Shown here: one piece after another, positions 1 through 12,022 of the stretch
How positions within the stretch are numbered: the stretch's first letter is position 1
Layout: each line of letters starts with the position of its first letter
Origin: Pirellulales bacterium
GTDB taxonomy: Bacteria; Planctomycetota; Planctomycetia; Pirellulales; PALSA-1355
Reading direction: 5' to 3'
Length of the DNA stretch: 64,000 bases
Assembly: GCA_963733035.1 (NCBI GenBank)
Contig: CAVTBU010000005.1
Location: 1 to 64,000 of the forward strand
Notes under the pieces: generated by a model
The model's input: only the letters and a program-made list of their open reading frames with translations
Database searches by the model: none
Told to the model about the DNA's origin: nothing
Translations under genes and position numbers: made by a program

Positions 1-25
1 GCGCCCACCGAGAAAGCCCTGTCGG

Positions 26-216
26 CTAGTTCTTGCCTGAGCCGCGGACCTTGCGTTCGACCTTCCCGGCGACATCCTGCACGGTGCCCTTCGCCTTCTG
101 TGCCGAGCCTTTCGCCTGGAGGCTTCGATCCTTCGTTCGCCTTTCCGACCGCCTTCTTGGCCGACCCCGGCGACCTTGTTCGCCTTTCCTTTGACCTGCT
201 TCGATGTCGCTGCCAT
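26..216 (-). CDS. CsbD-family small stress protein (frameshifted as given)
   Basis: Reading across indels gives MAATSKQVKGKANKVAG..AKKAVGKA..DRSLQAKGSAQKAKGTVQDVAGKV, the CsbD pattern. Confidence 0.65.
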
Positions 217-346
217 CACGCTGTCCCCTTCGTGTCGCTGCCATCGTTCCCTTGTTGAGCGCTTCGCGAGCCGTATGCGCGGATCGCTCCATGGTCCGAA
301 CGATGACCCGCGGGGCACGATCTGCTCCATCACCTCCTGCAACTTG

Positions 347-775
347 TCATCTCGCGTTGCCTGAAGTGCCCTCCTTCGTTTCGAGCCCGACCGCGGTTCT
401 CAGCTCCTTCATGTCGTTCTGGAGCGAGGAGTTCGGTGACTGCGCCACCAGTAGTTCCATGAGATCGGCGAGGCCGTCGGCGATCGCGTTCAGCTTGTGC
501 TGTGTCGCTTGGTCGGTTCGGGTTTGACTGTTCTGCAAGAGCGCGACCATCAGGAAGGTGACGATCGTCGTCGTAGTGTTGATCTCCAGCTGGTACTTGG
601 CATCCAGGAACGCGTTGAGGCTCCCCTTTGACACGATAAGGGTGACACCCTGTACCAGCCAGATGATGACCAGCAGCAAGCAGAACGCGAAGAACGGGGC
701 GCGGCTGGCGAGCCTGGCGGCGAGCCCCGCGAACCTGTCGAAGAAACCGATCCTGCTCGAGACCTCGCTCGGCAT
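347..775 (-). CDS. Low-affinity iron permease family (Fet4-like) membrane protein
   Basis: FDRFAGLAARLASRAPFF and YQLEINTTTTIVTFLMVALLQNSQTRTDQATQHKLNAI motifs; likely start MPSEV at 775. Confidence 0.85.
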   Translation of the reverse strand: MPSEVSSRIGFFDRFAGLAARLASRAPFFAFCLLLVIIWLVQGVTLIVSKGSLNAFLDAKYQLEINTTTTIVTFLMVALLQNSQTRTDQATQHKLNAIADGLADLMELLVAQSPNSSLQNDMKELRTAVGLETKEGTSGNAR

Positions 776-959
776 GAGGACGGGGAGGGGCTTCTCAGGT
801 CGTGCAGACTCCTTTCCGCGGTTCGATTGCGCCGTAAGCGGATAGCGAACCGAGTCGGAGCCGCCGAGACGCGCCTTAGTACCCTCCGCGCTTCCCCGCC
901 CCCACCGGGGCATCCCACCAAGCGGATCATCTCCCGAGTCCATCGGTGAGCATGAGGGT

Positions 960-1136
960 CATTTGAGGTGAAGGCTGACGCCGAACAGCACCAACGGCCA
1001 AAGCAGTATCGCCAGGACTGCCGAGGCGATCGGGCTTGATCGAGTCGAGATGCTCGAAGTAGTGATGCGACCCCGCCACGACGAGGCCGATGATGAGATA
1101 CGCCAAGCTGAACAAGAAGCTGATGAGACGGCTCAT
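960..1136 (-). CDS. Small hypothetical membrane protein (frameshifted; 3' end approximate)
   Basis: MSRLISFLFSLAYLIIGLVVAGSHHYF hydrophobic N-terminus; a second hydrophobic stretch in another frame. Confidence 0.4.
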
Positions 1137-1180
1137 AGGGATTAGCACCTTCATCCCGTTCTCAGAGTGCCCTCTTCAGG

Positions 1181-1273
1181 TCAGGCGCGACGTGCGAACC
1201 ACACGATCGCCATGACGACGAGGATGACCACGAGTATCCCTATGAGGCTGAGGCCCCCTATGGCTGCAAGCAT
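1181..1273 (-). CDS. 30-aa single-TM micropeptide
   Basis: MLAAIGGLSLIGILVVILVVMAIVWFARRA* with GAAGGAGG RBS; not in the ORF track. Confidence 0.65.
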   Translation of the reverse strand: MLAAIGGLSLIGILVVILVVMAIVWFARRA

Positions 1274-1287
1274 GTATCCCTCCTTCA

Positions 1288-1434
1288 CTATTCGGTTGGG
1301 TCCGAGTCGAGTACGTCGTCCTCATGCACGTCCATGAGGTGCTTGGACAGAGCCAACTGCGTGTCGAACTTCTCGCCGCAGACGTGGCACACGCCAACTT
1401 CTTGATCGCCTCGCTGTTCGTCTCGCTCAGTCAT
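1288..1434 (-). CDS. 48-aa C2H2 zinc-finger microprotein
   Basis: MTERDEQRGDQEVGVCHVCGEKFDTQLALSKHLMDVHEDDVLDSDPTE*; C-x2-C-x3-F-x5-L-x2-H-x4-H; GAAAGGGG RBS. Confidence 0.7.
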   Translation of the reverse strand: MTERDEQRGDQEVGVCHVCGEKFDTQLALSKHLMDVHEDDVLDSDPTE

Positions 1435-1533
1435 CTGCTGCCCCTTTCACGGGCACTAGGGTTGGCTCCGCAACGTGGTTTCCGCATGAACACGGGGTGG
1501 CCTGCACGAAGGTACAATGGGACTGAGGAACGC

Positions 1534-1799
1534 TCATCGCTGAAGCACGCTGGCAACGTCTTCGTCGTCCAGGAGGAAATCCTGGCCAGTGAGTTCGAAG
1601 ATGCGCCGCACGGCGTTTGCCTGGGTACGAAGGTAGGATCGCGTCCATCGATCAAGATCGCCGCGGCTCCATCAGGCTCGGCACGAACCAAGTGCTCTTC
1701 CAAGATGGGAGCGGCTGCCATGTCGAGTTCGCCGCTCAGGGCGATCGTGGCCGCGCTTCTGCCCAGCTCCATACGAGCGGTGAAGGGCATGAGCCCCAT
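1534..1799 (-). pseudogene. STAS-domain anti-sigma-factor antagonist with internal deletion/frameshift
   Basis: IALSGELDMAAAPILEEHL...ILID, then in another frame AVRRIFELTG; the central DS-G segment is missing. Confidence 0.65.
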
Positions 1800-2078
1800 G
1801 GTGCCTCCCTCACGGAGGCTGGGCGCCTGCGCGTCCAGTCCGACTAGCGACCGTGGGTCAGAATTCCGAGATGCGCGAACCGTGGATTGGGGTTCCGGCT
1901 CTTGCACTGTACTCCCATTCAAGCCGCTGCATACAGGTGAATGGTGTGCTGCTGAATGGTGCGCTGCGGAGCTTCTTGTGCCTAACATCCCGCGTGATAA
2001 CTCAGATGGCACCGAACGCACTCGGACGTATTCAGACGACAACCCAACTCGCAGGTCAAGCCCCTGACCAGCACTTCC

Positions 2079-2129
2079 GCGTCGCCTTACAAGGTGAAGG
2101 TCGGGGGGTTCGAGCCCCTCAGCGCCCAC
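2079..2129 (+). other. 3' part of tRNA-Val(TAC), att-like remnant
   Basis: TCGCC-TTACAA-GGTGA anticodon arm, GGGGGTTCGAGCCCCTC T-arm and AGCGCCCA acceptor 3' strand; no 5' acceptor strand or D-arm. Confidence 0.7.
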
Positions 2130-2133
2130 GGAA

Positions 2134-2656
2134 ATGTTTGACGACGTAGACGTGGATGAGCTGATCATTCGGGACGCAGTGCGCGAGGACGCGGCAGATC
2201 TTGCGGAAGCACTGCTCGAATGGGGTCGTCAGTACGCGGAGATGAACCCAAGAGCGTTTCAAGTTCCAGAACCGGACGGTCTCGCAGCAAGGTTCGCAGA
2301 ACAACTGGTCGCGGAGCCTGACGATGACGCCCTGTCGCACATCGCGGAGCGAGACAAACATCTGGTCGGCTACATCCAGGCGCTGGTGTGGCGACCTTCG
2401 GAGGGAGCGGAACGACAGATCATGCGTGAGGCGTCCAAACGATCCTGAAGATCGATGCTCTCTTCGTGAGCGATTAGAGAGCACGGGCCGGAGTGGGCAC
2501 CGCTCTGATGGACGCTGCGAGGAGTCTTGGGGCAGGGAACGCAGCGCATCGCGGGCGGTCGTCATCTCATACGCGCAGAGTCCAACTGCCGTCCCGTTCT
2601 ATGAGCAACGGATGCGGTACGAGCGCATGACGATCGGGTTCTCCAAGCCGTTGTAG
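2134..2656 (+). CDS. GNAT-family N-acetyltransferase (several frameshifts)
   Basis: IIRDAVREDAADLA start, IAERDKHLVGYI, KIDALFV, AVPFYEQRMRY end. Confidence 0.7.
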
Positions 2657-2789
2657 GCGGTGACAAGAGCAGGAGCCATGAACGGAAGCGACGTTCGCAT
2701 CGAGCCGCTGGCGCGATTGACGCAAGGTGTCTTTTTTTATAGCCTTATGATCATCGCAGGCTGGTTGTTACGATCCCTACGTTGTCAAT

Positions 2790-2831
2790 TGTCAGGTTTT
2801 GTGTCAGGTAAATGAGCCTTTAGTGTCAGGT
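2790..2831 (+). repeat. Three TGTCAGGT direct repeats upstream of the integrase (possible arm-type sites)
   Basis: TGTCAGGT at 2790, 2802 and 2824. Confidence 0.55.
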
Positions 2832-2877
2832 TTTCAGCCGAGTTCTACGAAGGCTCCAACAGGAATCGAGCCAAAAG

Positions 2878-4614
2878 ATGCCTCGACCCAAGAAAGGTAT
2901 AAACCGTCAACTCTCGGCGGATGCAAAGGGTTATTACAGGCCCTACCTGGGAGTCCGCTACGACCCCAAGACCGGCGACCTCAAGGAGCAACGGTTCAAC
3001 CTTGGCAAGGACTTGAAGCGTGCCGATCACACGATGTCTCGGCTCGTACAACTCTGGGATCACATTGTTGCGACGTTCTACTACACCGGGATCATCGGCC
3101 CTTTCAAACCACATTGGAACGAGTTCACGCTGTGGTTAGCCGACCAGATTATTGCTGGAGCAGCGACAATTCCGCTACCGCGACGAGGAGCTAAGAACGC
3201 TGCCGAATATGCGGCTTCATTTAATCGCACACAGCGGGCATTTCCCTTCATACTGTTTGTTCCTGAGCAACCACAGGAATATGCCGAAGGTGCCGAGAGA
3301 AACAGGCAGCACGTTGAACGTCGGCTCGTTGAGGAACAAGAGTCTCAAATCCGCCGGGGCACGCTGAACTCAAAAATGGAAGTGCGTCCTGTCGAAGGGA
3401 CGCTACACGAAGCTCTCGACGCATATGCTGCACATGTCGATCGAACTGGTGAACGAATGGAGAGCGGCAACCTAAAGCCATCTCAGCAACTGCGCCACGA
3501 GCGAGTGAAACGGTTCAAGGAAAGTCATCTTGATGTACAACTTGCACTATTGAATCTTGAACAGTGCTCAGCAATGGTCACCTTTTGGCGTAACCGCCCA
3601 GAAACTAAGCGTGGCAAACGCTGTAGCCGGGACAACGCTCGACACCACATTTCGGAGTTGTTCCGCTTCTTTCGTTGGCTTGATTCGACCGAGCAATATA
3701 CATGGCAGATACCGAGAGGATTGCCTGCGATATCTCGGCGCATCGCCAAATTTGAGCACGAACGTTCGCTATCGGCCGTGACGAGGCGAACATATACGGT
3801 CGAGCAGTTGGCAATCCTCAACCAGCATGCCACGCCAATGGAGCGGCTGGCATTGTATCTGGGGCTTAACTGCGCGATGGGAGCGGCAGAGATGGGGAGA
3901 TTGCTTTTGGGTGATATTGTGCTTCACGAAGCACATCCATTCAGCACCCGCCTGCGATTCAAGTCCACCGAGCGTGATAGCTTTGTTCGCTACTTCCGGC
4001 CCAAAACGGATGTCTTCGGCGAGTGGCTTCTGTGGCCTCCTGTTGCAGAGTTTTTACCGTGGGGCATCGACCGTGCAAAACGAATCAAGTCCAACTTGTT
4101 GTTGGTGTCGGAGAATGGAGCGCCGCTGTACGCGGAGCATTCGAAGAATGCTCAGGCTGGGTTTCAGAACCAGTGGAACGACCTTTTGGGTCGAGTTCGC
4201 AAGAGCCATTCGTCCTTCCCAAAACTTCCTTTCGGGACTCTGCGCGACACGTTGCCTGACATCCTTCGGCAGAATTTTGATGGCGGAGATGAACTTGCCA
4301 GCCTTTGCCTATGCCACGGCACACCCAGCAAAGGCGATAAGTTGCTCGAATGTTACTCGAACAAGCCGTTTGGCAGGTTGCATAAAGCAACGAGCGAACT
4401 TTTCGAACACTTTGAGCCCGTGTTTGTCGTCGCAAACCCAACCAGTCAATCGAAACATTACCTGCCAATCGAAACGCACAACTCGATGAAGGAGATGCGC
4501 CGGAACGGCGCGAGCGTCGCCGAGATCAGCCGCCGACTGAAAGTGCACCCATCGACAGTTTACCGAGCAGCGACGGCAGGAAAGTCTGAAAACGGCGCGG
4601 CGCATGACAAATAA
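2878..4614 (+). CDS. Divergent tyrosine recombinase/integrase-like protein with C-terminal HTH
   Basis: LYLGLNCAMGAAEMGRL (box I), RPKT (Lys), FGTLRDT (box II), LCHG and ECY; C-terminal GASVAEISRRLKVHPSTVYR. Confidence 0.7.
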   Translation: MPRPKKGINRQLSADAKGYYRPYLGVRYDPKTGDLKEQRFNLGKDLKRADHTMSRLVQLWDHIVATFYYTGIIGPFKPHWNEFTLWLADQIIAGAATIPLPRRGAKNAAEYAASFNRTQRAFPFILFVPEQPQEYAEGAERNRQHVERRLVEEQESQIRRGTLNSKMEVRPVEGTLHEALDAYAAHVDRTGERMESGNLKPSQQLRHERVKRFKESHLDVQLALLNLEQCSAMVTFWRNRPETKRGKRCSRDNARHHISELFRFFRWLDSTEQYTWQIPRGLPAISRRIAKFEHERSLSAVTRRTYTVEQLAILNQHATPMERLALYLGLNCAMGAAEMGRLLLGDIVLHEAHPFSTRLRFKSTERDSFVRYFRPKTDVFGEWLLWPPVAEFLPWGIDRAKRIKSNLLLVSENGAPLYAEHSKNAQAGFQNQWNDLLGRVRKSHSSFPKLPFGTLRDTLPDILRQNFDGGDELASLCLCHGTPSKGDKLLECYSNKPFGRLHKATSELFEHFEPVFVVANPTSQSKHYLPIETHNSMKEMRRNGASVAEISRRLKVHPSTVYRAATAGKSENGAAHDK

Positions 4615-5374
4615 CTGCAAGTTCAACCAATGAGCATCTTTGTCTGCACTTGTCCCGACGCGATCGGTGAACCCTGGATTGAACCACGCCCGCGGCTTTT
4701 TCAAATAGTTGTTCAGTGCCTAATGCTGCGACACGCCCTTTACAAACACCACCCACGATCTGCCGGGCGACCTCCCTGCCCTCGACTTCATCGCCAACCG
4801 GCGCTTCAACGCTCGACTTCAACATCGATAGCCACGCGATAGCCGATTTGAGCGACCATTGGCTTCGACTTTCGTCCAGCCCCTTGTGCCTTCCCTGTTG
4901 AGTTCGTTCAGCTCTTCGTTGAACTTGCTTCAAAGACTTTCGCCAAGGTCAATCTGAGCCGGTGCACTGGCAGAGGAAATCACCAGCACTCTCATGGCTT
5001 CCACAGCCTGATCAAGAATAGGTTGATCGTTGCGTCTCCTTCGCTCGTAAAAGTATCGTCCATTGCATCTTAACACGGAGCCTCGCGACGTGCGTGCATT
5101 ATCGCGTCGTCCGACACGTCAAAGGGACTTCGTGTCCGATGCATTCAGTTGGAGCAATTCGACGCTCGGACCGAGCCTTGTATACACCCTCAGCCTAGCG
5201 ATTAAGGCCCAACATAGTTTCTCGGGTATTCGACATGCACCTGCTTAATCTCGGCAGTCCAGCCGGGATATGCTGATTCCCAGAACGCATTGGGTTGTTT
5301 AAAATCAATGCCCCCTCCACTGAGCTAGGAATGCAATCCTTGAGGGCGGTGTCGATTTTGGCAGGGCACAACAG

Positions 5375-8300
5375 ATGCACAATCACATATCGTCTCCTTC
5401 CGACGAGCTCACTCCTGAGCCCAATACCAGCCGCCCCATTCCAAAACTAGTTATCGAAGCAGCAGATTCTTTTAACTACGCGGCTTGGCAGAACGCCGTT
5501 CCCCTACTGCGAAGCGTGACAATTGACAATTCCGGCGGCCCCGAGCTTTCATCCCTGACGGTTGAATTGAGGGCCTCGCCTGGGTTTGCACGTGAAAAGA
5601 CGTGGGCTGTCGACCGCGTCGGCGCCAACGAGCGGTTAACGCTTCGAGACGTCGATTTGGAAATTGACGCTGCTTTCCTTGACGGGCTGGACGAAGCGAC
5701 ACGAGGCGTTCTGACTTTCAGGCTGACACAAAAGAGCAGTTTGTTGCACGAGATAGATCACGTACTGCGAGTGCTCGCCCGTGACGAGTGGGGCGGAATG
5801 TCTGTAATGGGGGAACTGCTTCCCGCGTTTGTGACACCAAATGATCCAGCGATTTCGGTCCTCCTCCGTTCGGCGGCCAACCTGATGGAGCAGCACGGAC
5901 ATTCAACAGCGCTGGACGGATACCAGTCGCGCGATCCAGACCGAGCTTATTTACTTGCGTCGGCGATCTGGTCCGCATTGGCAGGCCGAGGTTTAGTTTA
6001 TGCCAACCCACCAGGGAGTTTTGAACAGGTCGGTCAGAAAACTCGCCGAGTGGGAACTGTGTTAAGTGACGGGCTCGCAACCTGTCTGGACACGACCCTA
6101 CTATTCGCTTCGGCACTTGAAGCGGTTGGCCTGAATGCCGTGTTGGTCATGACTCAAGGACACTGTTTTGCTGGGGTCTGGTTGGTCGAGAAATCTTTCA
6201 AGCGTCCCGTCGAACCCGACTGCAGCGAACTGCGAAAGGCGATTGCTGCGAGAGAATTAGTGGTATTTGAGACCACTCTAGTGACAAATCGCCCAGCAGG
6301 TCAATTTCCCGACGCAATTGCAATCGCGACTAGTTCCATCTCGGAGGAAAAAGAACGTGAGTTCGTTGCCGTCGTCGATGTAGCACGTGCCCGCATGTCT
6401 CAGATCCTCCCGCTCGCGTCACACACAATTCGACAGGAGGGCGAACCGGAGGACCACGTACTTGCACCACCTCCCTTGGCGGCACCACCTCGATTCGGGA
6501 CCTCTCCTCCAATCGAGGCGATCGAGGAGCACCCGAGCACGCCCGCCGGTCGAATTGAGCGGTGGCAGCGCAAACTACTCGATTTATCCCTGCGAAATCG
6601 ACTCTTGAACTTCAAGGCGTCCAAGCAGACCGTGCCAGTCCTTTGCCCAGACGTGTCAAAGCTTGAAGATAAGCTCGCTGACGGAATTCGGTTGCGATTG
6701 GTCTCCCTGCCTGATGGCAACCCTTTAGGACAACGAGACGCCGAGTTGCACCAGCGCCGTACTCAGAAAGACCTGGACTGGGAGTTTGCTCGACAAGCAC
6801 TCCAACGGGATGAAGTGGTCTGTCCCCTGGAGTTACGTGATCTCGAGGCGCGGCTTACCGCGCTTTTTCGAAAAGCACGAAACGACTTAGCCGAGGGTGG
6901 TTCAAACACGCTCTATCTCGCAGTCGGGTTCCTTCGTTGGAAACAAGTGCCCACGGACGAAAGGGCTTACCGAGCGCCATTGCTGCTGGTTCCAGTAAAG
7001 CTAGCGCGACGTAGTGCATCGTCACCTTTCTACCTCATCAATCATGAAGATGAGGTCCGATTCAATGCAACGCTCCTTCAGTTGTTGAAGAAAGACTTTG
7101 ATTGCGATCTCACCGCGTTGGAGTCCAATTTGCCCATGGACGACAGCGGCGTAAATGTACCGTTGGTGCTGGAACACATGCGTCAAATGGTACGTGACAT
7201 CCCAGGCTTTGAGGTCGTTGAAGAAGCCGCCATTGCTCCTTTCTCCTTTGCCAAGTACTTAATGTGGAGGGATATGGTCGATCGGATCGGACAGCTCGAA
7301 CACAATCGCGTCGTCCATCACCTGATTCACGAGCCGGACAAGGCGTTTTCGACGGACGGCCTGGGGCCCATGCCTCAGCCTCGCGAGATAGACACGCGGT
7401 ATACTCCCCAAGATCTCGTTCACCCTCTACCAGCGGACTCGTCACAGTTGGCAGCCGTCATGGCCGCATCCGAAGGACACGATTTGGTCATCGTTGGTCC
7501 GCCGGGCACGGGTAAAAGCCAAACCATCGCAAACCTGATCGCCCAGTGCCTGGCAGTGGGTAAGACCGTTCTCTTTGTCGCAGAGAAGACGGCAGCACTC
7601 GACGTTGTCTATCGTCGTTTACGGGAACATGGACTTGGTGACTGTTGTGTTGAGTTGCACTCCAATAAGGCTGAAAAACGAAGATTTCTGGACCAACTCG
7701 AAGCATCTTGGAAGAATCGTGCCGATGAGGACATTTCGGAATGGCTCGACGTCAGCGAGCGGCTTCGCATCCGTCGTGATCAACTAAATGCCTACGCTGC
7801 GGCCGTCCACACAACTGACACAAATGGTTGGACTGCATTTGCGCAATGGGAGAGAGTGTGCGCGGTCGACATATCACCACCCCTCGTTTCGATTGGCCCT
7901 CATCGGTCCGACACTCACGCACCGAGTACGCCCAAATTGAGGGGACGGTCGGAAAACTCGCTGTGACGTTTCAAGCGATGACGGCTGAGTCAACGATTCG
8001 GCAGTTGGAAGCGACAGAATGGTCAATGGCCTGGGAAACCAATTTGATGGATAGCTGCCGTCAGTTGGAAACGACGTCTGACTCACTGGCTTCGTCGGTA
8101 CAAGCAATCGGCGCTCTCATGCACGCAGCGTTTCTCAAGGACATTTCATCGTCCCAGCTTACTCCACTCTATCGCTTGGCTCATGAACTCGCCCAGCCAG
8201 ATCTTCCCTCTGCGGAAGTCTTATTGCACGAGAATCTAAGCGATCTGAGGACGGCGTTGGAGCAGCGTCACGAATTGCTCGAGGCAAGCAATCAGGCAGG

Positions 8301-11300
8301 TCAGGCTCTGGAATTTGCCCTGAAAACCTTCTGTCAATCACTCGGCATGCTTCCCGACCGTGTGATTCAGGATGACCAAAAACGCCTTTTTTATCGATTG
8401 GCGAACGAGTTGGTACGTGCTCCGCTCCCACCGGCGGAGCTGGTGTTCCATGAGCACTTTGATGAGCTTCGGCAAGTTTTAGGTGATCGGCCGGCGCTTC
8501 TAAAGGCAAAGAATGAAGCATTTGCAGCACTGGTCGCACGCTCATTCAATCCCGCGCTCATTGATCGAATTGACTTGGAAAGTGTGGAGCGGGAATGGAC
8601 AGCGGCCTCTATGTCCTTCTGGCCGCTCTCTGCTTGGAAAAAGTGGAAAGCTCTAGCGAAGATCAAGGCTTATATGAACGCCTCCGGCTACGTTCAGCCT
8701 GATGTCGATCTGCCATTGCTTCGCGACTACGTTGATTCCTGCAAACGAGTTGCAGAGAACCTGGTTTCACTTAATGTTTCGCCTCAACTTAAGGCATCTG
8801 TCGGAAAAAACACGACTGCGCTGGACGCTCCCCTTCAAGCCGCCTCACGATTGCGCGAAGTCATTCATGCTGCGGGGCTTACGCCCTCGGAAGTAGGAAG
8901 GGCGGCGCGTGGTGAACTTGCTCCGTTGATTGCCGCAGCGCGCGCTCTGTTTCCTCCGGGCGCGAATCCGAAAGCATTCGCGTAAAGCTTAAGGAGAATC
9001 TTGCGGCTCTCGTCCTGTCACCTGTACAACGCGCTGCCGTGGAACGACATGCGCGTGCTCTCTCGCACCAGATCAATTCAGCAACCAACATCCGCGAAGC
9101 CATAACTGCACTGGGCGTTTCTCGCGAACTCCTCTCGCATTCGCTGCAGCATATTCTAACCGCCCCCCAAGTTACCCGCTGCGAATGGGCGGCGGGATGT
9201 TGCCGATTGGCCAAGGCGTTCCAAGAGGCATGGAAGTCGTATACGCAGCACGCGATCGCAGTACCTGCCGATATACGATCGCCTTCAATTCTTGCTGATG
9301 CGGCTGCCCAAGCACGGCACGTGATTGCACGTCGCACTTCGCTGAGACAATGGACGGCTTGGATAGCGGTGCGCAATCGAGCAGCGCAGTTGGGGCTATC
9401 AGCATTCGTCGAGGCGCTTCAATCCGGCGAGCTAAGTGCGTCAGACATCATGTCCCGTTTTAGGTTAGCCTACGGTCGGTGGTGGCTACCGAGTGCCATT
9501 GACAGCCGTGAGCCACTACGGAAATTCCAACGATTCATTCACGAGGATGCCATCAGCGACTTCCGCAGCTTGGATGACCTTGCCCGTAAGGCTGCGGCTC
9601 CTCGGGCTCGACATGCAATTCTGCACGGTTTGCCAGCAAGTCACCAGGTTCCGCGGAAGTCCGAATTGGGGCTCCTGCGTCACCAAATGAGTCTAAAGCG
9701 TCCGAGTAAGTCGATCCGGGAAATGATCGGAGGAATGCCAGAATCATTTGGGAAGTTGGCGCCCTGTCTATTGATGTCGCCGCTGTCCATCGCGCAATAT
9801 TTGCCCGCCGACCAGGCACAGTTCGATGTCGTCGTGTTCGACGAGGCATCGCAAATTGCAACCTGGGACGCAATCGGTGCGATTGCTCGCGGCAAGCAGA
9901 CGATTATCGTTGGCGATCCGAAGCAGCTTCCCCCCACCAACTTCTTTGGCAAGGCTGATAACGACGAGGACAATGAAGAACTCGAAGACCATGAGAAAGA
10001 TCTGGAAAGCATACTAGATGAGGCCCAAGCCTCGGGCCTACCCACCCTGCAACTTAATTGGCACTACCGCAGCAAACATGAATCACTGATCGCCTTTTCA
10101 AATTGGCATTACTACGGTAACCGCCTCGTAACGTTTCCGGCGGCGGAGTCGATTGACCGAGGCGTGTCACTAAGGCTTGTCGAAGGAGGTCTTTACGATC
10201 GCGGAAAGAGCCGCACAAATCGCGAGGAGGCCGATGCGATTGTTGCGGATCTTGTCGAGCGAATGAAACGTTCTTTGAGTCAACCCGAGTCGCAGCGGCC
10301 CACATATGGTGTGGTGACCTTCAATGGTCAACAACAAGACTTGATTCAGGACTTGCTCGACGAAGCGCTTCGCCAACACCCGGAACTGGAATGGTTCTTC
10401 GCCGAAGAGCGTATTGAGCCGACACTGGTTAAGAATCTGGAGAACGTACAGGGCGACGAGCGAGACGTCATGATGTTCTCGATAACATTTGGATTTGACG
10501 CCGCCGGAAAATTCCCAGTCGACTTTGGTGCGATCAATCGCGATGGTGGTGAACGTCGACTTAACGTAGCCATCACGAGAGCTAGGCAGGAACTCGTGGT
10601 CTTTTCGTCGTTTCTGCCTGAGCAGCTTGCAGCCGAGAGGGCCAAGGGACGTGGCGTCCGCGACCTCAAGGAGTTCTTAGAATACGTCCAAAAGGGTCCC
10701 GAGGCGATTGTCGCCAGGGTCGAAGGGTCCTTGGGTGGGTTTGACTCGCCACTCGAGGAAGCAATTGCGGGCGCACTGGAATCCCACGGTTGGCAAGTTG
10801 AAACCCAAATCGGCGTTTCTGGCTTCAGGATTGACCTGGGAGTTCTTCATCCCGACAAACCAGGCAGCTATTTGGCCGGCGTGGAGTGCGATGGCGCCAC
10901 CTATCACCGTTCCGCAGTTGCTCGCGATCGTGACAAGATTAGACAGCAAGTGCTGGAAAACCTCGGATGGAGTATTGTTCGAGTGTGGTCCACGGACTGG
11001 TGGTATGACCCTGATACTGCCACTGAGCAGCTCGATTCCAAGCTCAACGACTTGCTGGACCGATCCCGCAATAAGGAGTCAGCGACTGAACCGTCTACTT
11101 GTTCTGATCGGTCCGAGATCTCAGCGGCCCCAAATGGAGAGACTAGTGATCTTGAAGTTATCGGTCGGGAACCTGACGATTCCGGTCATATAAGTGCCAA
11201 TACCGCTGCAGTAGTGGCGGTGTCAGAGGAGGCGACACTACGTCCTCAACTATTTGCGAAACATACGCCCAAAAAAGAACACCGTTTCTATTCGCGTGTC

Positions 11301-11783
11301 GATTTGGGTGATTCCACAGCTGATCAAGGTCGGTTTTTTGACGAAGACTATTCTGACACGCTGAAGAATATGGCGCTTTCCGTATTGGCCTCGCAAGGGC
11401 CAATTCGCGATGACGCACTCGCTCGCGACATAGCTCGGGCACATGGCTTCGCAAGAACAGGAAACCGAATCAAGGAAAGAGTACTTCAACTGTTGACCAA
11501 CGTCACCGTCACCAAAGAACCCGTCGGGACATTTCTGTGGCCAGACCGATCACCTCAAGAGGTCATGCCATTTCGCTATACGCGCAACGATGAAGAGCGT
11601 CGCGGTCTTGATGAAATCCCAATGCCGGAAATCATCGGATTAGTGCTCGAAAATCCAACGTTAGCGGCAAGTGATGATCCAGCGCTCGCATTAGCTCGCG
11701 AAATAGGCCTTGCTCGACTCGCTCGAACTGCTCGAGAGCGGTTAGAAGAGGCGGTCGAGGCGGTCGAAAGAATGCCGAATTAA
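5375..11783 (+). CDS. DUF4011 / SF1 helicase / Vsr-like nuclease / DUF3320 protein (Hhe-type defence), split by two frameshifts near 7840 and 8970
   Basis: WQRKLLDLSLRNRLLNF (DUF4011), GPPGTGKSQTIAN, FDEASQ, VGDPKQLPP, WHYRS, NVQGDERD, RRLNVAITRAR, RIDLGV..GVECDGATYH; N-terminal TCLD...GH transglutaminase-like region. Confidence 0.9.
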
Positions 11784-12022
11784 TCAGTGTTGGCTTCTAT
11801 CCGACATCTTGCATACTCTTCAAATCGTCCGGCATTTGCCAGTCGTCACACATAGAAGAAATCGGCTTTCGGTGGACGTGATCGCAGTAGCTTGTCGCCA
11901 ACTCCGATTTTAACTCAGGACGGTTCGTCCCGAGCGATCTATCGTTCCCCCGACGGCTGCGTTCGATGTTTACCGTCGACGCATCTCAACCACTGCAACT
12001 CGAACGATCAGATTAGTGCGAA

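Noticed and set aside
1939..1968. 15-bp tandem GAATGGTG(T/C)GCTGC(T/G)
   Set aside because: Only two copies with no supporting context.
2079..2129. Functional tRNA-Val gene
   Set aside because: The 5' acceptor strand and D-arm are absent; kept only as an att-like remnant.
4620..5063. Minus-strand ORF fragments after the integrase
   Set aside because: Broken across frames with no recognisable motif, so no call is supportable.
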